Positions 25,788 through 35,435 of a stretch of 38,592 nt of DNA are shown piece after piece. Source of the stretch: a virus (Duplodnaviria; Caudoviricetes); the IMG/VR virus record IMGVR_UViG_3300044508_000022, positions 1-38,592 of that record; one strand, 5' to 3'. A model generated the notes under the pieces. It made no database searches, was not told the DNA's origin, and saw only the letters and a list, made by a program, of their open reading frames with translations. How positions within the stretch are numbered: position 1 is the stretch's first letter; the number at the start of each line of letters is the position of its first letter. A program made the translations under genes and the position numbers.

Positions 25788-27440
25788 ATGTCAGAAGTTG
25801 ATGTCATCGATGCTGATCCGGGTGTAGGTGCGCCAGGGCGTTCGAGGGAAATACCCTACGAAAATGAGGCTGCGAAAACACAGATCCATGTAACGGACTT
25901 GAGCGAGTATGATTTCATTCAGCTCACCTATCACGGGGATGGGGCATACCGTGACGGCACGCTCATTCGTGCCCACGAGCGGGAGGACGCAGAAGCCTAC
26001 AAGGGCAGGCGAGAAATGGCCTTTCTCAAGAACTTCTTCAAGCCCGTGGTCAATGCCCGCGTAGACCCGGTCTTCTCATCCGAGATTGTCCGGGAGGTCA
26101 AAGATGAGAATGGGGAAGAGGAGGCTCAGGCCCCATACTTCCGGGCGTTCCTCGAAGACTGCGACAACGTGGGCGCCAAGTTCGGGAAGTTCATCGAGGA
26201 AGAGGCGCGGGAGAGCAACCTGACAACCCTCTCTTTCATGATCATGGACAACTTCAAAAGGGAAGAGCGCAGCGCGAACGTCGCGGATAACCTGGAGAAG
26301 CGGACCTTTCCTTACGTGTACATGCAGACCAGGGACACGGTCCAGGGATACAGCTGCGACCGTCATGGAAAACTGGCCTGGATTCGCTTTTGCGACCACA
26401 CCGAGAAGGACGCCACCACGGGCAAGACCACGGTATATTACCGGTATTGGGATAAGCAAGTATCCAAGCTGCAGAAGAAGGCGGACAAGCAGATGCCGGC
26501 GGCCGGGAATATGTCCAAAGAGGAAAAGTGGGATGATGTGGAAATCATCAACCACAACCTGGGTGTCTTGCCCATCCACATCTTTGCTTTCATGCCCCCG
26601 CGCAAGCGCACGGATGCCCTTTCCATCGATTACGAGTTCTACGACCTGGCCCGGTGTAACTGGACCATCTACAACCTGGACAGCGCCACGATGGAAGCCA
26701 TCTTCGACCAGTGCTTCTCCCTCCTATGCATTCAAGGACCGAAGTCTGACGATGTGCGCGTCGGTACGAAAACGGTCTGCTGGGTGGACATGACCGCCCA
26801 GAACATGCCCGCCTTTGTCTCTCCGGATCCAGCGGTTGCCAAAATCGCGAGCGATTACGCCAAAGATATCAAATCGGAAATCTTCGAGATTGCCGAGCAG
26901 AACGGCGTCACGGCGAAGAAGACCCAGGGCGCCGCGGAGCAGAGCGGAAAGTCCAAGGAGTGGGATTTTCAGGCCCACGGCTTTATCCTCAAGAAGGTGG
27001 CCGGCTTTTGTTTGGAAGCGGAGATATGGGCCGCCGATATGTTCAAGCGGTATACGGGCGAGAAGTTTACCTACATCCCGCATTACCGCGAGAAGTACGC
27101 AGTCACAGACTCCGTTTCTGAAATTGAGCTGCAGGAGAAGGTCCTGGAGAATGACGTGAGCCCGAAGGCGAATACTCTGGCCAAGAAGAACATCGCGCGC
27201 CTGGCCTTCGCCGGTAATACCGAGGAAGAGGTCAAGCCGGTCATGGAGGAAATCGACCAGATGGCAGCCGATGAGGCGAATGCCCAAGACCAGAATGACC
27301 AGAGCGACCAGGGAGGAGAGGATAATCCCGATGGTATGATGGGTGGAAAAGAGGAGGGCATGGATGGTAAGGAAATGCCTATGAATAAAAACCGAAAGAA
27401 AGGGGCAGGCAATGGACAATCGAATCCTAGCGCTGAATGA
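25788..27440 (+). CDS. Portal protein
   Basis: 550 aa directly after terL; SPP1-like 'HNLGVLPI' and 'SGKSKEWD'; acidic tail. Confidence 0.8.
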   Translation: MSEVDVIDADPGVGAPGRSREIPYENEAAKTQIHVTDLSEYDFIQLTYHGDGAYRDGTLIRAHEREDAEAYKGRREMAFLKNFFKPVVNARVDPVFSSEIVREVKDENGEEEAQAPYFRAFLEDCDNVGAKFGKFIEEEARESNLTTLSFMIMDNFKREERSANVADNLEKRTFPYVYMQTRDTVQGYSCDRHGKLAWIRFCDHTEKDATTGKTTVYYRYWDKQVSKLQKKADKQMPAAGNMSKEEKWDDVEIINHNLGVLPIHIFAFMPPRKRTDALSIDYEFYDLARCNWTIYNLDSATMEAIFDQCFSLLCIQGPKSDDVRVGTKTVCWVDMTAQNMPAFVSPDPAVAKIASDYAKDIKSEIFEIAEQNGVTAKKTQGAAEQSGKSKEWDFQAHGFILKKVAGFCLEAEIWAADMFKRYTGEKFTYIPHYREKYAVTDSVSEIELQEKVLENDVSPKANTLAKKNIARLAFAGNTEEEVKPVMEEIDQMAADEANAQDQNDQSDQGGEDNPDGMMGGKEEGMDGKEMPMNKNRKKGAGNGQSNPSAE

Positions 27441-27756
27441 TTTTAAAGCGAAGGCGCAGCAAAAAGATGCAGAGCAGGCCAAGCGCGACGAAGCGCGAAC
27501 CATTCAGGAAATAGTTCAGCTCTCGGTTGAGATTTATCGGCGACTTCTCCCGGGGACCGCGCTCCTCGTGGATGTGAAGACCGGGAAAATCGTAATACCT
27601 GGAAGAACGGCGGGTGATATGAGCGGGTGCCTTTTCGTCAGCAAGCCCGCTGCGATGATTCGCACGGCGGCGCAGGTGGACCTCGCTGCGGGCGGCGATC
27701 TCCCACCCTCCGAGAATCCGCCAAAGGGTGGGGATAATGGAGGTGTAAATGGATAG
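27412..27756 (+). CDS. Hypothetical protein (paralog A)
   Basis: Overlap-coupled; shares PGxxxxVDxKTGK...PAA with the next gene. Confidence 0.6.
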   Translation: MDNRILALNDFKAKAQQKDAEQAKRDEARTIQEIVQLSVEIYRRLLPGTALLVDVKTGKIVIPGRTAGDMSGCLFVSKPAAMIRTAAQVDLAAGGDLPPSENPPKGGDNGGVNG

Positions 27757-28003
27757 CCCGCAACAGGGGGACGAAGATGTCGCCATAAATATTCTTGGTC
27801 AGATGGCTGCGCATGCATCGCAGCTTTTAAACCCTGGCTGCATGGCCATTGTCGACATCAAAACTGGAAAAATGCTTAGCCCAGGAGAAAGCCCATGGGC
27901 AAATCCTGGCACAATCATAATCATGCGTCCTGCGGCCGTGCAGCCGATTCATGTACAAGTAGGCGTTTCACGGGAAGATAGCCGAATCGGGAGGATGAAT
28001 TAA
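27749..28003 (+). CDS. Hypothetical protein (paralog B)
   Basis: RBS GGAGG; same motif as the previous gene. Confidence 0.6.
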   Translation: MDSPQQGDEDVAINILGQMAAHASQLLNPGCMAIVDIKTGKMLSPGESPWANPGTIIIMRPAAVQPIHVQVGVSREDSRIGRMN

Positions 28004-28006
28004 CTG

Positions 28007-28273
28007 ATGAAAGACCTTCAGGCCGAACAGGATAAAGCCGAGGTTGAGCATATTGATGCCATGGTTAATGAGCTTCTGCGTCATTACGGTTCAGTCACGA
28101 TTTTGGTGACGCGGCAAATGATGCCTGAAGATGTCAGCATCGGCCGCAATCCCGGTGATACGCGCTCTATCATCAGAGGCGGGGGTGATTGGTACGCCCG
28201 TTATGGTCATATGCGGATCTGGTTGGAGAAGGCCGAAGAGGAGGAACGTGAGCATTCAAGGGGAAAAGAGTAA
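28007..28273 (+). CDS. Hypothetical protein
   Basis: Fills the operon gap; TAATG overlap with MuF. Confidence 0.6.
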   Translation: MKDLQAEQDKAEVEHIDAMVNELLRHYGSVTILVTRQMMPEDVSIGRNPGDTRSIIRGGGDWYARYGHMRIWLEKAEEEEREHSRGKE

Positions 28274-29391
28274 TGCCGAGTAATCCCATTCGCAAACCCA
28301 TGGGCGAATTCACGGACGCCTACCTCGAGCGCGCCCGGCTGTATATCCAAGAGGTCAAGCGGCTCATGGCCCAGGGGTACAGCACCAAGCGGGCCGTGGA
28401 TGTAGCCTGGAAAAACGTCCGGTTCGGTGAGGTCATCGCGGACTCCACGGCCGAGGGCATGATCAAGGCCATGGTCATCGGCAAGGGACCCGATATCACC
28501 GTGGGTGTAGACCTCACAAAGGACATGATTCTCCACAAGTGGCACGACTTCGATGACGTACCCCTCTCGAAAACCCTCTACCAGAACGAGAAGCAGGCGC
28601 GAAAAATCATCAAGGGCGAGCTCGAAGCGCAGGTGAAGCTCGGGCGTAATTACAAGTACGCGGCTCAATTTCTGCAAGACAATACCGGGCAATTCAAAGC
28701 CGAAGTTCCGAAGTATCTGGATGACCTGTATACTGCAGGCAAGCGCGCCCTGGCCGGGGATCCGGAAGCGCAGCGCGAGCTTAAGGGTAAAATCAAATCG
28801 GTGCAGCGACAGATTGATAAACTCTCATCCAGCGGGAGCACTGACCGCCTGGTCGTTGCCTATCAAGATCTCCTGGACGCAGTCGAGAGCGGCAATGCGA
28901 AGGCCATGGACAAGCGGTTGCATCGTGCGGTTGAAGAGAAGGCCCGCTACCAGGCTGAGCGCGTCGCACGCACGGAGATTGCCCGGGCATACGGCGATGC
29001 GAAGATAGCGGTCATCCAGGGTGATGAGGATTCAACCGGCTGGCGGTGGGTCCTATCCTCTGCTCACAAGCACACGGATATCTGCGACTTCAACGCAGAT
29101 GCCGACCTCTACAATATGGGGCCGGGTGTCTATCCCCTGGACCGTGGCCCCGAATATCCTGCGCACCCGCATTGCACGTGTATCTTGAGGCCGTTCTACA
29201 AGGAGCACAACGGTCGCTCGACCGTGGACACAAAAGCCGGGATTGAATACCTGAAAAGTCTCGATGCCGAAGATCGCGTCGCCATGATGGGACAGACGGA
29301 CGCGGACGCCTTCGAGAGCAACCCGGACGGCTGGCGCTCCTATGTCACCAATTACGAACAGGTCGAAAAAAAGCCACAGATGAAAGCGTAA
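28273..29391 (+). CDS. Minor head morphogenesis protein (MuF / SPP1 gp7-like)
   Basis: 'AERVARTE', 'DICD' and 'PAHPHCTC' motifs. Confidence 0.85.
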   Translation: MPSNPIRKPMGEFTDAYLERARLYIQEVKRLMAQGYSTKRAVDVAWKNVRFGEVIADSTAEGMIKAMVIGKGPDITVGVDLTKDMILHKWHDFDDVPLSKTLYQNEKQARKIIKGELEAQVKLGRNYKYAAQFLQDNTGQFKAEVPKYLDDLYTAGKRALAGDPEAQRELKGKIKSVQRQIDKLSSSGSTDRLVVAYQDLLDAVESGNAKAMDKRLHRAVEEKARYQAERVARTEIARAYGDAKIAVIQGDEDSTGWRWVLSSAHKHTDICDFNADADLYNMGPGVYPLDRGPEYPAHPHCTCILRPFYKEHNGRSTVDTKAGIEYLKSLDAEDRVAMMGQTDADAFESNPDGWRSYVTNYEQVEKKPQMKA

Positions 29392-29437
29392 TTCCTCAGC
29401 TGCTCTCCCTCACAGCTCTATCCTTCACGGTAAAGAA

Positions 29438-29490
29438 AAGGTAAAAATCGGGTAAATTCCATATTTCCTGCTTCATCTTGCAGATAAATT
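29438..29490 (+). promoter_or_regulatory. Putative late promoter 2 with the same upstream motif
   Basis: AAGGTAAAAATCGGGTAAA (17/19 match to 22375) with TAAATT at identical spacing. Confidence 0.5.
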
Positions 29491-29547
29491 ATGGGTGAAC
29501 AGAGAAAAGTACGTTCCAACCCAAATCAAGACCCTGGAGGTCAAAGA

Positions 29548-30261
29548 ATGAGCCTGGAGCACATTCGTAAGTTCCTGAAAGAAGCTGGCAAGGGCAACCC
29601 GGAGTTGTCCGAACAATTCATCGATGAAGCTGTCACCGAGGCGACAAATAAATCGCGGGAAGAGGTCCAGGAGGCCGAAAAAGCGCGGTTCATCGCCGAG
29701 GCAAAGAAAATTCGCGCCGATATCGACAAGCTCAAGCCTTTCAAGGCTGCGCTTGAAGAAGCGGGATTTGATGGCACGATGGAGTTGCCGGAGTTCATTG
29801 CAAGCCTGAAAACGGCCGTTAAAGAGGTGAAGGATAAGCCCGCGAAGACCGAGCTGGAAAGACAGCTCGCGGCCCTCACGGCGCAGGTCAAGGGCCTCAA
29901 TGACGCCAAGGCGGAAGCTGATCGCGAGAAGGACCAGCTGCGACAGGAACGCAAGTCCGCGATTCTGAGAGAGCGCTTGATGAAAGACGTTGGCGAGAAA
30001 CTCGTCAATGGCGAGGATACAGTCAAGTTGCTCATCCACGAGGGCGCGGTTGATTTGGAGGAGGACGGAAAAACCATCATTTTCAAAAACGGGGACGTCT
30101 CGACGCCATACGATAAAGGGGTTAAGGATTTTTTGAAGGCGCGGGAATTATCCCTTAAAGACAAACAGCGCGGAGGAGCCGGCTCGAACCCCGGCGAGGG
30201 AAATCCGAAAATCACGGCGAACATGACGGCCGAGGACATGCTGAGAATTCCGCGCAAATAA
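29548..30261 (+). CDS. Capsid scaffolding protein
   Basis: RBS GGAGG; coiled coil with a GGAGS linker near the C-terminus; immediately before the MCP. Confidence 0.75.
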   Translation: MSLEHIRKFLKEAGKGNPELSEQFIDEAVTEATNKSREEVQEAEKARFIAEAKKIRADIDKLKPFKAALEEAGFDGTMELPEFIASLKTAVKEVKDKPAKTELERQLAALTAQVKGLNDAKAEADREKDQLRQERKSAILRERLMKDVGEKLVNGEDTVKLLIHEGAVDLEEDGKTIIFKNGDVSTPYDKGVKDFLKARELSLKDKQRGGAGSNPGEGNPKITANMTAEDMLRIPRK

Positions 30262-30274
30262 GGAGATTTAACCT

Positions 30275-31222
30275 ATGGCATACATGACACTGCTCGAAGC
30301 CGCCCGCGGCATGGAACCCAGTCGTGAGCGCGGTATCATCGAGATCTACGCCCGCGAGAACCAGATCCTGACCGTTGCCCCCATCCAGCCCACCGGCGCC
30401 GTAAAGCTCTGGAAAGTCCAGGACGCCCTTCCTTACACGACCGCCGCCACCGGAACGCGCGCCGTGAATGGTGACTTCACCGCATCCACCGGCCGCAGCA
30501 AGGCCTATGAGGCCAAGTGCAAAATCTACGGCGGCAAAATTCAGGTCGACCGCTACATCCAGCACAACTACCCGGATTCCGTGGCCGAGGACGAAGTCGG
30601 GCAGATTTCCGCTCTCGCCCGGCAACTCTTCATCGACGTGTTCGAGGGCTCCGGGAGCCAGTACCTGCGCGGCATCAAGGATTGGAGCACCTACGATAGC
30701 TCTTATACCGGCCAGGAAGTTGACGCCGGTGCCACCACGACTCCCGTGGTCGTCACCTGCGACGCCCTGGACGAACTCATCTCCAAGGTCGATGTGATCC
30801 CCGGGCGGACCTTCCTGTACATGAACGACTACCCCTTCCGGAAGATCAAGAAGGACAACCGCGGCGGAGTATCGGGCGCGTTCAATGTCCAGTACACCCC
30901 GGAACAGATCGGCCATTTCGCGGGGATGTATGACAACATCCCGATCGTCGTCACACGTGACGGCAAAGGCGCAAACCTCCTGTCCATCACGGAAACGGAC
31001 AAGTCCGGCGGGTCGAGCAACAGCCAGTCGGTCTATTGCGTGACCTGGGGCCCGGAAGCCTGCCAGCTGTTCTCCAGCAACAGCTCGGGAATCCCGGGAA
31101 TCATCCCGATGAAGGACGGGTCGAACTTCAATTACGAGGTCCTGGAGTGGTACATCGGCCTCGCACCGCGCAAGCCCAGGAGCTTCGCGCGTCTCAAGTA
31201 CGTCAAGAACGCCCTGAGCTAA
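30275..31222 (+). CDS. Major capsid protein
   Basis: 315 aa after the scaffold; strong codon bias; 'MTLLEAA...IIE...N.IL', 'GGKIQVDR', C-terminal 'ARL'. Confidence 0.85.
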   Translation: MAYMTLLEAARGMEPSRERGIIEIYARENQILTVAPIQPTGAVKLWKVQDALPYTTAATGTRAVNGDFTASTGRSKAYEAKCKIYGGKIQVDRYIQHNYPDSVAEDEVGQISALARQLFIDVFEGSGSQYLRGIKDWSTYDSSYTGQEVDAGATTTPVVVTCDALDELISKVDVIPGRTFLYMNDYPFRKIKKDNRGGVSGAFNVQYTPEQIGHFAGMYDNIPIVVTRDGKGANLLSITETDKSGGSSNSQSVYCVTWGPEACQLFSSNSSGIPGIIPMKDGSNFNYEVLEWYIGLAPRKPRSFARLKYVKNALS

Positions 31223-31238
31223 ACCGAAGGAGGAAGAG

Positions 31239-31577
31239 ATGGCGCGGAGAGAAGAAATCAGACGGCCGGTTCACGAGGCACAGCAGGAACACCCTGAACG
31301 CCCTGACCAGGTGGATGGTCCGGTTGAACTGCCGTCGGATGGAAATCGCTTTGAGGGCCAGGAGCCCACGGCGCAGCCCGATATCATTTCGGCTGAATCC
31401 GCGCATCCCTTCGGTCTGGATCTGAACGACGTTCCTGAGAAGATCAAGAAGGCCTTTTTGAACCTTCTGGAGCGCGTGGACATCTTGGAGGCGAAAACGC
31501 ACTTCATGCCCATTGCGCGCCCGATGCAAGCGCCGGATGGAAAGAATCACAATACCGATTCCATCAAGGTGCTCTAA
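31239..31577 (+). CDS. Hypothetical protein
   Basis: RBS AGGAGG; lies in the head module. Confidence 0.6.
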   Translation: MARREEIRRPVHEAQQEHPERPDQVDGPVELPSDGNRFEGQEPTAQPDIISAESAHPFGLDLNDVPEKIKKAFLNLLERVDILEAKTHFMPIARPMQAPDGKNHNTDSIKVL

Positions 31578-31601
31578 CCTTAACTTTTAGGAGATTTTAT
31601 T

Positions 31602-32027
31602 ATGGCCGCTACAGCCGCAACCCCCGCAACCTTCCCTACCGGGATGCTTCTCGGCGGAGTCGCTCTCAAAGCCGCCGGACTCGTCGCCGCGGATGACCAG
31701 AGCACAGCCGTCATCGTCGGCAAAGGAAAGTTCAAGCTCGTCGTCGTGATTTCCGCAATTGAAATCGCGAGCAATGACGAGTACTACATCATCGACCTGG
31801 AGGCGAACACCGCCGCCGCCACGTCCACCTGGTTCACCCTGGCGACTCTGTTCGCCGGCGGAGCCACGGAGAAGGTCAACAAGCCGGATGGCGTGGTCGG
31901 GACGTATGTCACCCTGGTTGAGAACCCGTACGATTACCAGGTCCGTGTAGCGACGAACGTCATGGGCACGATCGCTGCGGGCATCAACTTCACGGTAGAT
32001 ATCTACCCGGTCGAGAGCAACGCCTAA
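31602..32027 (+). CDS. Putative capsid decoration/cement protein
   Basis: Ala/Thr/Val beta-rich, MCP-like codon bias, RBS AGGAG. Confidence 0.55.
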   Translation: MAATAATPATFPTGMLLGGVALKAAGLVAADDQSTAVIVGKGKFKLVVVISAIEIASNDEYYIIDLEANTAAATSTWFTLATLFAGGATEKVNKPDGVVGTYVTLVENPYDYQVRVATNVMGTIAAGINFTVDIYPVESNA

Positions 32028-32039
32028 ACATCCTTTCTT

Positions 32040-32078
32040 TAAGGGGTCCGGGCGGGCGCGAGCTTTCCCGGCCCCTTA
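32040..32078 (+). other. Long GNRA-capped hairpin after the capsid genes (attenuator or stability element)
   Basis: TAAGGGG-T-CCGGG-CGGGC-GCGA-GCTTT-CCCGG-CCCCTTA; no U-tract. Confidence 0.5.
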
Positions 32079-32092
32079 CCCCGGAGGGGATT

Positions 32093-32620
32093 ATGGCGAT
32101 GCGCGTCGAGTTTGAAGGGTTCGACAAGCTGATTGCCTCTTTCGCCAAGATTCCGCGTATTGCAGCGAAAAATATGCGGCTCGGGCTGAAGGAAGCGCTT
32201 GGCATCGTCGAAGATTATTCATCCACTCATCACAAGTACCGGGCGAATACCGGACATGCGGACGCTGCATATAAGACCGAAGTCTCGCAGAATGGCATGA
32301 GTGCAAGCCTGACTCTTGACCCCACCATTTCCGGTGCCCCCTACGTCATCCCCCTCCATGAAGGACACAAGGCCTATACCGTGGTGCCGGTCCATAAGAA
32401 GGCCCTGGCCTGGGTGGATAAGGGCATGGCGGAGATCTTGGCGGGGATGAAGGGCATCCGGGGGAAACGGCGCATGAGCATGGCCTTCGCGAAGAAAGTG
32501 AATATCCCGGCAGCGCCAGGTGATCCCTTCTTATACAATGCCTTCGAGGTGAAGAAGCGCGACGTTATCGAGTGCATCAAGGTGGCCCAAGTGAAAACGA
32601 TAAAAGAAGCGGGGTATTAA
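32093..32620 (+). CDS. Tail completion protein (HK97 gp10-like)
   Basis: 'VEFEGFDKL', 'TG', 'PY...HEG', 'KKALA', 'PFLYNA' pattern. Confidence 0.7.
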   Translation: MAMRVEFEGFDKLIASFAKIPRIAAKNMRLGLKEALGIVEDYSSTHHKYRANTGHADAAYKTEVSQNGMSASLTLDPTISGAPYVIPLHEGHKAYTVVPVHKKALAWVDKGMAEILAGMKGIRGKRRMSMAFAKKVNIPAAPGDPFLYNAFEVKKRDVIECIKVAQVKTIKEAGY

Positions 32621-33028
32621 ATGGCAGAGCCAGAGACTCATTACATCTCATCCTCGGACATCACCGACAAGCAGCTCCTTTCCACGTCGCTCACCGCGGA
32701 GCTCACGGCAAAAATCGCATTGTGTGATGACGCCCTCGAGGATATGACCGAGCGCAAAGATGTGGATGCGGATGAAATCGAAACAAGCCCGCTCCATTTT
32801 TCGGTCAAGATGTGGTGCGTGTATTGGGTTTGCTGGCAGCTCTGCAGCGACCTTATCGGTTCGAACAAGCTCCAGTCCATCGAGCAGGACGTGTACTTCC
32901 AGAAGGCGCGCGAATATGAGAAAAAGCTCAAGGATATCGAGCTAACAATAACGGTGGAAATGCTCACTGGGACCGTGGCCGACAAATCGGGGCGGTCTTC
33001 AAATACTACCCGAATTTACCGGGGATAA
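32621..33028 (+). CDS. Putative head-tail adaptor
   Basis: Helical 135 aa, N-terminal 'YI...DI', ends in RG; neck position. Confidence 0.55.
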   Translation: MAEPETHYISSSDITDKQLLSTSLTAELTAKIALCDDALEDMTERKDVDADEIETSPLHFSVKMWCVYWVCWQLCSDLIGSNKLQSIEQDVYFQKAREYEKKLKDIELTITVEMLTGTVADKSGRSSNTTRIYRG

Positions 33029-33041
33029 AAAGGAGAATCAA

Positions 33042-33332
33042 ATGTCACAATCAAAGGTGAATACGCGCTTGCTGCCCGATGTTGGCTCTGTCAATGGTGG
33101 CCTGGAAAATCTGAATGTCCAATCGATTCAATCGGCCGACCAGGCGGCGCTGGTTTCGGCCATCCGGGAACTCTGCGGGATGCTCCAGACCGGAAGTGCA
33201 GCGCCAAGCGGAACGGCTCCGAGCACGGGCGCGATCTATATTCGCACCCTCGGGACCAGCGTGACGAACCTTTACGTTGCGCCTGCCAATTCGGCGACAT
33301 GGTATCCGATTCAAAGTATTGGGGATTATTAA
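33042..33332 (+). CDS. Hypothetical virion protein
   Basis: RBS AAAGGAG; 'GSAAPSG..P..GAIYIRT...LYV...W' fibre-attachment-like motif. Confidence 0.6.
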   Translation: MSQSKVNTRLLPDVGSVNGGLENLNVQSIQSADQAALVSAIRELCGMLQTGSAAPSGTAPSTGAIYIRTLGTSVTNLYVAPANSATWYPIQSIGDY

Positions 33333-33535
33333 TGCGAATTGATCATGGGGCAGATGTCCCAACCCTTTTCCTGGACTGCGGACCTTGCGGTAAAGAACCG
33401 GGTTGCGGTATGCAGGAAAACCCATTCCGCACAACCGCAGAACTATCCGCGCATATACGGATTCACCGCATCCTGAACTTCCGCCTCATGATTAAGCTGG
33501 ATGGAACCTGGCGCTGCGTGGGGGGTGAAGCGTGA
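33332..33535 (+). CDS. Small protein with a C2H2-like zinc finger
   Basis: TAATG and GTGA overlaps; C..C...F-x5-L-x2-H-x3-H. Confidence 0.55.
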   Translation: MRIDHGADVPTLFLDCGPCGKEPGCGMQENPFRTTAELSAHIRIHRILNFRLMIKLDGTWRCVGGEA

Positions 33536-34962
33536 GCCTTAACCGCGTGGCCGCTATTTTCAAGGTAGGCGATAACTCTCCATATATGGACGGGAATCTT
33601 ATCTGCTACATCGACGAAGCGGAATGGGGTCTGCCGCTCGAAAAGATAATCAGCGCATTCACCACCCGTGTTTTTTGCTGCATGATTGTAGACCGGAAAT
33701 TTCTCAAGATTAAGGAGAAGGCGCTTGCGCAGATATATGATTCGGAATTGCTCGACGCCGATGGAATGCGCATTGGAAAGCTCGTCCACAATTCATCCAT
33801 TAAAACTGATTTCAAATATCTTGAAGCGCGGTTAGTGCAGCCCGGGCTTGAAGATAAACTCCGCTCGAAGGTGGATAATACAGGCCTCATCGACGGAACA
33901 GCTTTGAGCGAGACGGATTTCACAGACCCGCGAGATGATAAGCATGTCAATCCTATTCCGGATCTGAATGCCGTCACAAGCGGAAGTTATACGGTCGGAG
34001 CTGGCGGGAATTACGCGACATGGGCGCTCGCTTTCGCGGATATCGGGACGATGACAGGAGATTTGACGTTCACCCAAATATCAGCGACAACGGAAACAGC
34101 TAATGCGACTAAATCGGTCAACTTCGGAGCAGGTAATTACACTCTAACCTTGACCTCCAATAACCCCCCGCTTGGAAATCCGAGTGGTGGATGGGTCTCG
34201 TCTTGGAACGCGGCTGTTAATTGCGTGACTATAAATGGCAGTGTCAATCCTGGAATCATCAGGATAAGTCATATGAATTTCAAACGGTTGGTAGAGCCAG
34301 CCTCGTCCAGTGTGATGCTCTATTTTGGCAATAGTGCAATAGCGGGTACAGTTTCTTATGTCAACGATATAATCCTTAATGTAAACAATGTAATTTTCAC
34401 GGCTGGGAGATACACATTCGGCGCCTACCTCCAAGACGTAGATGTCATTCATAACTGGTTCAACGCGTTGCTTGTCAACAATAATTCTAATACCGCATCC
34501 GGTGTCGCAATAGGCGGCGGACTTTATGGAATCAATTCGGTGTTCGAGAACATTTCCGTATACAACGCTTCAGGCTCGGCCAAGGGCTTTTTGTTTAGCT
34601 CCACAAATGCTTCCATCAAGAAGAATTTGGCCGTATTTACTTTAGGAACATGCTTTACCAATGTGGGGGAAGGTACGTTTTCAAAATGTGCCTCTTCTGA
34701 TACCACGGGCAGCGAGGAGGGATTAAAATCGCTCGTAGCTGCGACGGAATTCGAATCCCTTGACTCAGCATCCACTCTTTTTCTTAAAGCGAAGATGGGC
34801 TCTACTCTCGGCAATGGCGGCACGGCCACATCCATAACAGCAAACACTTATGGTATCCGAGGAAATCAGCGACCGAGGGGCGCAAAATATTCCATTGGCG
34901 CGGATGAATTACAAGGGCGCGGAATGGCTTCAGTTCTAAATCAATCCTGGGGGCAAATGTAA
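33532..34962 (+). CDS. Right-handed beta-helix (pectin-lyase-like) virion protein
   Basis: 'YTVGAGGNYAT..LA', Asn/Ser-rich rungs, C-terminal 'GIRGNQRP....SIGADE'; lower GC. Confidence 0.65.
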   Translation: MSLNRVAAIFKVGDNSPYMDGNLICYIDEAEWGLPLEKIISAFTTRVFCCMIVDRKFLKIKEKALAQIYDSELLDADGMRIGKLVHNSSIKTDFKYLEARLVQPGLEDKLRSKVDNTGLIDGTALSETDFTDPRDDKHVNPIPDLNAVTSGSYTVGAGGNYATWALAFADIGTMTGDLTFTQISATTETANATKSVNFGAGNYTLTLTSNNPPLGNPSGGWVSSWNAAVNCVTINGSVNPGIIRISHMNFKRLVEPASSSVMLYFGNSAIAGTVSYVNDIILNVNNVIFTAGRYTFGAYLQDVDVIHNWFNALLVNNNSNTASGVAIGGGLYGINSVFENISVYNASGSAKGFLFSSTNASIKKNLAVFTLGTCFTNVGEGTFSKCASSDTTGSEEGLKSLVAATEFESLDSASTLFLKAKMGSTLGNGGTATSITANTYGIRGNQRPRGAKYSIGADELQGRGMASVLNQSWGQM

Positions 34963-35435
34963 TGGCACTCAAAAATACCGCAAGCGTGGCCTATTTCAAA
35001 GTCATTGACGTAACCACAGGAAAAGGCGTCCCCTCTCTGACCGTGGCCGGAGGTGCCTTTACATCTATCAAGTTGGACCAGGACAACACGCTCGGCTCGG
35101 ATATTCAAGGCTCAATCACCCTTGTGGATAAGGGGAATGGCCGATATGCTTTCGCGCTCGATGCGGCCGCAATGAATTACGGTGTGGTCTGTCCTGTCGT
35201 GGTCATGGTCAATGCGAATTACGAAGCACACGGCGTTGTCATTTACACCGAAACCGCAACACGTGGAGCAGATGTTATTGACGGTGCGATTACCCGCGAC
35301 CAGACCTTAAAGCGCCTTCTCTCTATGGCGGTCGGCGCGGTTACAAAGACAGGTGATGCCTACGCCTTCAAAGACCAGGCCGGGGCGACCCTGTTTACGA
35401 TCACAATCGCAACCGATTCCAGGAGCGTCGCATAA
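34962..35435 (+). CDS. Hypothetical structural protein
   Basis: TAATG overlap; beta-rich. Confidence 0.65.
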   Translation: MALKNTASVAYFKVIDVTTGKGVPSLTVAGGAFTSIKLDQDNTLGSDIQGSITLVDKGNGRYAFALDAAAMNYGVVCPVVVMVNANYEAHGVVIYTETATRGADVIDGAITRDQTLKRLLSMAVGAVTKTGDAYAFKDQAGATLFTITIATDSRSVA

